From Caedibacter taeniospiralis (lineage in GTDB: Bacteria > Pseudomonadota > Gammaproteobacteria > Francisellales > Francisellaceae), in NCBI RefSeq assembly GCF_002803295.2, contig NZ_PGGB02000002.1, positions 1-32,000 of the forward strand: a stretch of 32,000 bases of DNA, in the 5' to 3' direction. Below the pieces are notes generated by a model that was given only the letters and a program-made list of their open reading frames with translations, made no database searches and was not told the DNA's origin. Numbering within the stretch: position 1 is the stretch's first letter; every line of letters begins with the position of its first letter. Below, piece by piece: positions 27,545 through 32,000 of the stretch. Both the position numbers and the translations under genes were made by a program.

Positions 27545-29680
27545 ATGTCTTTGACAGAAGCAACACAAGAAATAGCTTTGCAAGCGGCATCGTTAGATAT
27601 CTGGGATAGTAAGTATCGCTTAAAAACGCGCTTGGGCGAAGCGGTTGATGGAAAAATTGATGATGCCTATAAACGCGTGGCAAAGGCGCTTTCTGAAGTT
27701 GAAAAAACAAAAGAATTACAGCAAAAATCTTATCAAGAGTTTCTATGGGCATTAAGAAATGGAGCTATTCCTGCAGGAAGAATTATTTCCAATGCAGGTG
27801 CTTTGGAACATAAACCTGCCACCTCAACGATTAACTGCACTGTTTCTGGTACTATTTATGACTCTATGGATAACATCTTGCAAAGAGTTCATGAGTCAGG
27901 ACTTACCCTTAAAGCAGGGTGTGGTATTGGCTATGAGTTTTCGACCTTAAGACCAAAAGGCGCCTTTGTTGCAGGTGCGGGGGCGCATACCTCAGGTCCC
28001 ATGTCCTTTATGGATATTTATGACAAGATGTGCTTTACCGTGGCATCAGCTGGAGGCAGGCGCGGAGCACAAATGGGAACCTTTGACGTGGGGCATCCTG
28101 ATGTATTGGATTTTATTCGCGCAAAACGCGAGGATGGGCGCTTGCGCCAGTTCAATCTTTCGCTGTTGATTACCAAAGATTTTATGCACGCAGTTGAGAA
28201 TGATCAGATATGGTCACTGGCTTTCCCAATGTCAGCTGCTGAACAACAAGCACACAATATTGATTTAAACGACTCTACGCAGGTTCTATGGCGTGATTGG
28301 CCGATCAAAGAGGGCTATATTACCGATCCATCAGGACTTGTTGCGTGCAAAATTTACAACACGATCAAGGCGCGTAGATTGTGGGATATGATCATGTCCT
28401 CAACCTATGATTATGCTGAACCTGGGTTCATTTTGATCGACAAAGTTAATGATGACAATAACAACTGGTTTTGTGAAACTATTCGCGCCACAAATCCTTG
28501 TGGGGAGCAGCCATTACCACCTTATGGTTCTTGCCTGTTAGGCTCGGTTAATTTAACGCAATTTATTGAAAATCCATTTACAGATAGCGCAAGTTTTAAT
28601 TGGGAAAAATATCGTAAGGTTGTGCGCATTTTTACGCGCATGCTCGATAACGTCGTTGAGATTAATGGCTTACCATTGAGCGAGCAACGTCATGAGATTG
28701 AGTCAAAACGTCGCCATGGCATGGGGTTTTTGGGCTTGGGGTCTGCTATTACCATGCTTAAAATGAAATATGGTAGTGAGACTTCCGTGGCGTTTACCGA
28801 AAAAGTTGCTAAAGAGATGGCACTGGAAGGTTGGCGCGAAGGCGTGAGGCTCTCGAAAGAAAAAGGCAGCGCTCCAGTGCTTGAGAAAGACTATACGGTG
28901 GCTCATGAGTTTTTACGCTTGCGCCCTGAAATGGCTGCTGACGGTATTAAAGCGGGTGATGTTATTAAAGGGCGTCTCTTACACGCGAAATATAGTCGTT
29001 ACATGCAGCGCATTGCACAAGAGGATATTTCAATTATTGATGCCATTTGTGAGTATGGTTGTCGTTTTACGCATCATACCTCCATTGCGCCGACGGGTAC
29101 GATTTCGTTGTCTTTGGCTAATAACGTCAGTAACGGCATTGAGCCAAGTTTTGCCCATCATTATGCGCGTAATGTTATTCGTTCGGGTAAAAAAACCAAA
29201 GAAAAAGTAGATGTATTCTCATATGAGCTACTAGCCTATCGCCATTTAGTGAATAAAGAAGCGATGCCATTTGCCAAGGAGGAAGCACATAAGCTGCCTG
29301 ATTATTTTATCAGTGCCGATAATGTGTCTCCAAAAGAGCATGTGGATATTCAGGCTGCCGCACAAAGATGGGTGGATTCAAGTATTTCCAAAACGGCTAA
29401 TGTACCTACAGATTTCCCCTTTGCTGATTTTAAAGACATCTACCTTTATGCCTATCATCAGGGACTTAAAGGCTGCACGACGTTTAGGTTTAACCCTGAA
29501 GTTTTCCAAGGTGTGCTGGTTAAAGATGAGGATCTTGAGAAAACACTTTATCGTTTCACCCTTGAGGATGGCTCAATAGTTGAGTTAAAAGGTAATGAAA
29601 TGATTGAATACGATGGTGAAGAGCACAGCGCTGCAAATCTCTATGATGCCTTGAAAGAGGGGTATTATGGGAAATTTTAA
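27545..29680 (+). CDS. nrdJa: class II (adenosylcobalamin-dependent) ribonucleotide reductase, large N-terminal polypeptide NrdJa
   Basis: 711 aa with active-site segment ATNPCGEQPLPPYGSCLLGS and class II RNR collinearity. Ends ...AANLYDALKEGYYGKF, as expected for the a-part of a split NrdJ. Confidence 0.93.
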   Translation: MSLTEATQEIALQAASLDIWDSKYRLKTRLGEAVDGKIDDAYKRVAKALSEVEKTKELQQKSYQEFLWALRNGAIPAGRIISNAGALEHKPATSTINCTVSGTIYDSMDNILQRVHESGLTLKAGCGIGYEFSTLRPKGAFVAGAGAHTSGPMSFMDIYDKMCFTVASAGGRRGAQMGTFDVGHPDVLDFIRAKREDGRLRQFNLSLLITKDFMHAVENDQIWSLAFPMSAAEQQAHNIDLNDSTQVLWRDWPIKEGYITDPSGLVACKIYNTIKARRLWDMIMSSTYDYAEPGFILIDKVNDDNNNWFCETIRATNPCGEQPLPPYGSCLLGSVNLTQFIENPFTDSASFNWEKYRKVVRIFTRMLDNVVEINGLPLSEQRHEIESKRRHGMGFLGLGSAITMLKMKYGSETSVAFTEKVAKEMALEGWREGVRLSKEKGSAPVLEKDYTVAHEFLRLRPEMAADGIKAGDVIKGRLLHAKYSRYMQRIAQEDISIIDAICEYGCRFTHHTSIAPTGTISLSLANNVSNGIEPSFAHHYARNVIRSGKKTKEKVDVFSYELLAYRHLVNKEAMPFAKEEAHKLPDYFISADNVSPKEHVDIQAAAQRWVDSSISKTANVPTDFPFADFKDIYLYAYHQGLKGCTTFRFNPEVFQGVLVKDEDLEKTLYRFTLEDGSIVELKGNEMIEYDGEEHSAANLYDALKEGYYGKF

Positions 29681-29691
29681 GGAATACAAAA

Positions 29692-30282
29692 GTGGGTATT
29701 AATGTATTACCTGAATATGTTCGCAGGCACTACGAAATCTATGAATATAAACATGCTTGTGCGATTCTCAAAGAGGACTTTCCAAATGAGTGGGCAGATA
29801 TAGTTTCGTTGCTGGAAGCCTTTAGGTTAAAGAAGAGCTGGATTATTCAATCTGGAGGGCGTAAATCAAAGGTTGCTGAGTATATTGACAACTATTTGTA
29901 CGCCATGGGGTGGGTTGAAAAACAATTTAGCACCCAAGTAATTGTAGATGATGTGACTTATAATTCTCCGACTCACAAGGTTGACTGCTTCAAAAATAGG
30001 GTTGCATTGGAAATAGAGTGGAATAATAAAGACCCTTTTTATGATCGATATTTAAATAACTTCAGATTGTTGTTTGATCTTAAGGCTGTTAGTGTTGGAA
30101 TTATTATCACTCGTTCGGACGAGTTACAGACAATATTCAATGATCTTGGGCGCGGACAATCTTATGGTGCTTCAACGACACATCTTGGCAAGCTCTTACC
30201 AAGGATTGAGGGAGGTGGGGGTGCTGGTTGTCCGTTGCTTGTGTTTGGTATGAAAAGTAATTTGTTTGAAGAGGATATTTAG
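29692..30282 (+). CDS. type II restriction endonuclease, BamHI/BglII-like fold
   Basis: 196 aa. GTG start with AAGGA 8 nt upstream. VDCFKNRVALEIEWNN gives D98-x8-E107-x-E109 (nt 29983-30018), arranged like BglII D84-x8-E93-x-Q95 and the BamHI ExE. VGIIITR follows, as with BamHI LAIILMP. Adjacent to a DNA methyltransferase. Confidence 0.7.
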   Translation: MGINVLPEYVRRHYEIYEYKHACAILKEDFPNEWADIVSLLEAFRLKKSWIIQSGGRKSKVAEYIDNYLYAMGWVEKQFSTQVIVDDVTYNSPTHKVDCFKNRVALEIEWNNKDPFYDRYLNNFRLLFDLKAVSVGIIITRSDELQTIFNDLGRGQSYGASTTHLGKLLPRIEGGGGAGCPLLVFGMKSNLFEEDI

Positions 30283-30903
30283 GTGGGTGCTAAAGAAGAT
30301 TTTATGAATGAACTAAAGGGGCGAAAGTTTAAAACCATTTTAGCCGATCCTCCCTGGCAGTTTCACAATCGAACAGGTAAGGTGGCGCCAGAGCATAAAA
30401 GATTAACTCGATATCCGACTTTGGTTTTGGATGAAATTAAGAAACTTCCTGTCGTAGAGATCGCAGATGAGACTGCACATTTGTATCTATGGGTACCCAA
30501 TGCGTTGCTGGCTGAGGGACTTGAAGTCATGCAAGCCTGGGGATTTACTTATAAAACCAATTTGGTGTGGTATAAGGTGCGCAAAGATGGGGGTCCTGAT
30601 CGTAGGGGCGTCGGTTTTTATTTTAGGAATGTTACGGAAGTAATATTGTTTGGTACGCGCGGAAAAAATGCACGGACTTTGCCTCCTGGGAGGAGTCAGG
30701 AAAATATTGTGTTATCAAGAAAACGCGAGCATAGTAGGAAACCTGATGAACAATATGATTTGATTGAGTCCTGCAGTGCGGGTCCTTATTTAGAGTTATT
30801 TGCTAGGGGGGCTCGAGAGAATTGGTGTGCCTGGGGAAATCAGGTAGAAAACTACAAACCTGATTGGGATACCTATGCCAATCATTCACAGGCATCAAGG
30901 TAA
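30283..30903 (+). CDS. MT-A70 family DNA methyltransferase (beta-class, probable N6-adenine)
   Basis: 206 aa. DPPW catalytic motif at residues 22-25 (nt 30346-30357). C-terminal ELFARGARENWCAWGNQ is typical of MT-A70 enzymes. The GTG start abuts the nuclease stop (TAGGTG) with GAGGA upstream. An alternative ATG lies at 30304. Confidence 0.85.
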   Translation: MGAKEDFMNELKGRKFKTILADPPWQFHNRTGKVAPEHKRLTRYPTLVLDEIKKLPVVEIADETAHLYLWVPNALLAEGLEVMQAWGFTYKTNLVWYKVRKDGGPDRRGVGFYFRNVTEVILFGTRGKNARTLPPGRSQENIVLSRKREHSRKPDEQYDLIESCSAGPYLELFARGARENWCAWGNQVENYKPDWDTYANHSQASR

Positions 30904-30918
30904 CTTTGGGAGAATAAA

Positions 30919-31611
30919 ATGGCAGTAAAGATAGAGAAAAAGATCACTGGGTTTAATATTGTAAAAGCGAATGAGAAGTTGCTGGATGCCGCAACAAAGC
31001 CAGTTAAAAAAGAAAAAACGCATCTACAGATGAGTGAGAGTGTTAAGCGCCCTGAGTCACTTACGGGAGAAACCTATAAAATTAAGCCGCCTCAGGCTGA
31101 GCATGCTTTATATGTGACTATTAATGATATTGTATTAAATGAGGGAACTGAGCATGAGGTGCGTCGACCTTTTGAGATTTTCTTAAGCTCAAAAAATATG
31201 GAGCACTTTCAGTGGACCATTGCTTTAACACTCATTATTTCAGCGGTGTTTCGCAAAGGCGGCGATGTTACTTTCCTGGTTGAAGAGTTAAGATCAGTAT
31301 TTGATCCAAATGGTGGTTATTTAAGGCGTGGTGGTAAATACGTCCCCTCGCTTGTTTCAGAAATAGGGGATGTGATCGAAAAGCATCTTAAAAAGATTGG
31401 CATGTTACCACAGGATGACTTGGATGAAACACAAAAACTCTATATTGCAGCTAAGCGTCAAGAGCTTGATGAGCGTCAACAGCCAAGTAATGATACAAGC
31501 AATAGTTTTCCGCTTGAGTCACAATTATGTGTCAAATGTAGCACCAAAGCCATGGTGAGAATGGATAACTGTTTGACCTGTCTTAATTGCGGTTATTCCA
31601 AGTGCGGTTGA
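30919..31611 (+). CDS. nrdJb: class II ribonucleotide reductase C-terminal polypeptide NrdJb (TSCPD domain)
   Basis: 230 aa. RPESLTGETYKIKPP...ALYVTINDI...RPFEIFLSSKN is typical of the TSCPD domain. C-terminal Cys cluster CVKCSTKAMVRMDNCLTCLNCGYSKCG. GGGAG lies 6 nt upstream of the ATG. Confidence 0.88.
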   Translation: MAVKIEKKITGFNIVKANEKLLDAATKPVKKEKTHLQMSESVKRPESLTGETYKIKPPQAEHALYVTINDIVLNEGTEHEVRRPFEIFLSSKNMEHFQWTIALTLIISAVFRKGGDVTFLVEELRSVFDPNGGYLRRGGKYVPSLVSEIGDVIEKHLKKIGMLPQDDLDETQKLYIAAKRQELDERQQPSNDTSNSFPLESQLCVKCSTKAMVRMDNCLTCLNCGYSKCG

Positions 31612-31768
31612 GTTTTTAGCTATTAGGACTCTAGGTTGGAGTGATAACTCCAGTAATAAATTGGCTGTAAAGCGCTAAAAACCATGATATTTTTGATTGA
31701 CGATTAGGCGTTGTTTTGCGATGATGCCCACTTATTTTGCATATCAATACCCGAAAAAAGTTAAATTC

Positions 31769-32000
31769 ATGAAATGCTATGTGTTATGTGCTGCTTTACT
31801 GGCTGCCAGCAGCTTAAGTCCTGCCTACGCTGATAATTCGCAGGATGCCGTTATTGGTCCTGAATCTTCAAAAAATCAAGCAACCGTTACGAACGCCTCA
31901 GCAGCAGGCACGGCAGAAGAGCAAAAAAAAAATCAGAGTTTTTGGCAGTTTTTAGAAGGAACACAGCCTGAAAATGCGGTTTACTTAGGGATGCTAACCT
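31769..32000 (+). CDS. secreted/outer-membrane protein, 5' partial (runs off the window); possibly PagP-like
   Basis: Open frame from ATG 31769 to the window end. Signal peptide MKCYVLCAALLAASSLSPAYA|DN. ...TQPENAVYLGMLT loosely resembles the PagP segment QQPEHYDLYIPAITWH. Not in the ORF track because no stop is reached. Confidence 0.45.
   Translation, partial: MKCYVLCAALLAASSLSPAYADNSQDAVIGPESSKNQATVTNASAAGTAEEQKKNQSFWQFLEGTQPENAVYLGMLT

Noticed and set aside
1-32000. Avoidance of GATC-core hexamers as a clue to the specificity of the R-M system
   Set aside because: By eye, GGATCC occurs at least 3 times (2011, 6426, 10148) and AGATCT at least 4 times (4197, 8903, 17256, 20580). That is not obviously depleted for 32 kb, so no inference on specificity is possible without genome-wide statistics.
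1-32000. CRISPR arrays, rRNA genes, intact transposases or integrases, prophage blocks
   Set aside because: No regularly spaced direct repeats, no rRNA-like sequence, and no ORF with transposase or integrase motifs were seen on either strand.

Overview
This looks like a gammaproteobacterial chromosomal segment. It has hslVU, a glyW-cysT-leuZ-type tRNA operon and a Pseudomonas-like split nrdJ. GC is roughly 40% by eye (not computed), and a Legionellales-like host-associated lineage is only a guess. Most of the window is housekeeping: ftsH, htpG, a P-II gene, ubiK, comM, a lipid A late acyltransferase, hemE, hslVU, three tRNAs, rsfS, prs, rplY, glyS, mfd and a class II ribonucleotide reductase. 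The accessory and decay features are as follows. (1) A two-gene type II restriction-modification cassette (BamHI/BglII-like nuclease plus MT-A70 DPPW methyltransferase) sits exactly between nrdJa and nrdJb. The four genes are tightly packed on one strand and the cassette has foreign-looking codon usage. This is the most unusual thing I can see. (2) There are three toxin-antitoxin-type modules: yefM-yoeB, mazEF, and an unclassified HicAB-like pair between ftsH and htpG. Each has a palindromic candidate operator. (3) A modular hairpin-rich MITE/REP family occurs in three copies, plus one unrelated REP-like element. These generate spurious ORFs in the track. (4) Gene decay is visible: frameshifted malic enzyme, frameshifted ROK sugar kinase, and a short relic of an SDR gene. 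I found no CRISPR array, no rRNA, no intact transposase or integrase, and no convincing riboswitch. I cannot claim a clearly novel multi-gene system beyond the nrdJ-embedded R-M cassette and the unclassified TA-like pair.
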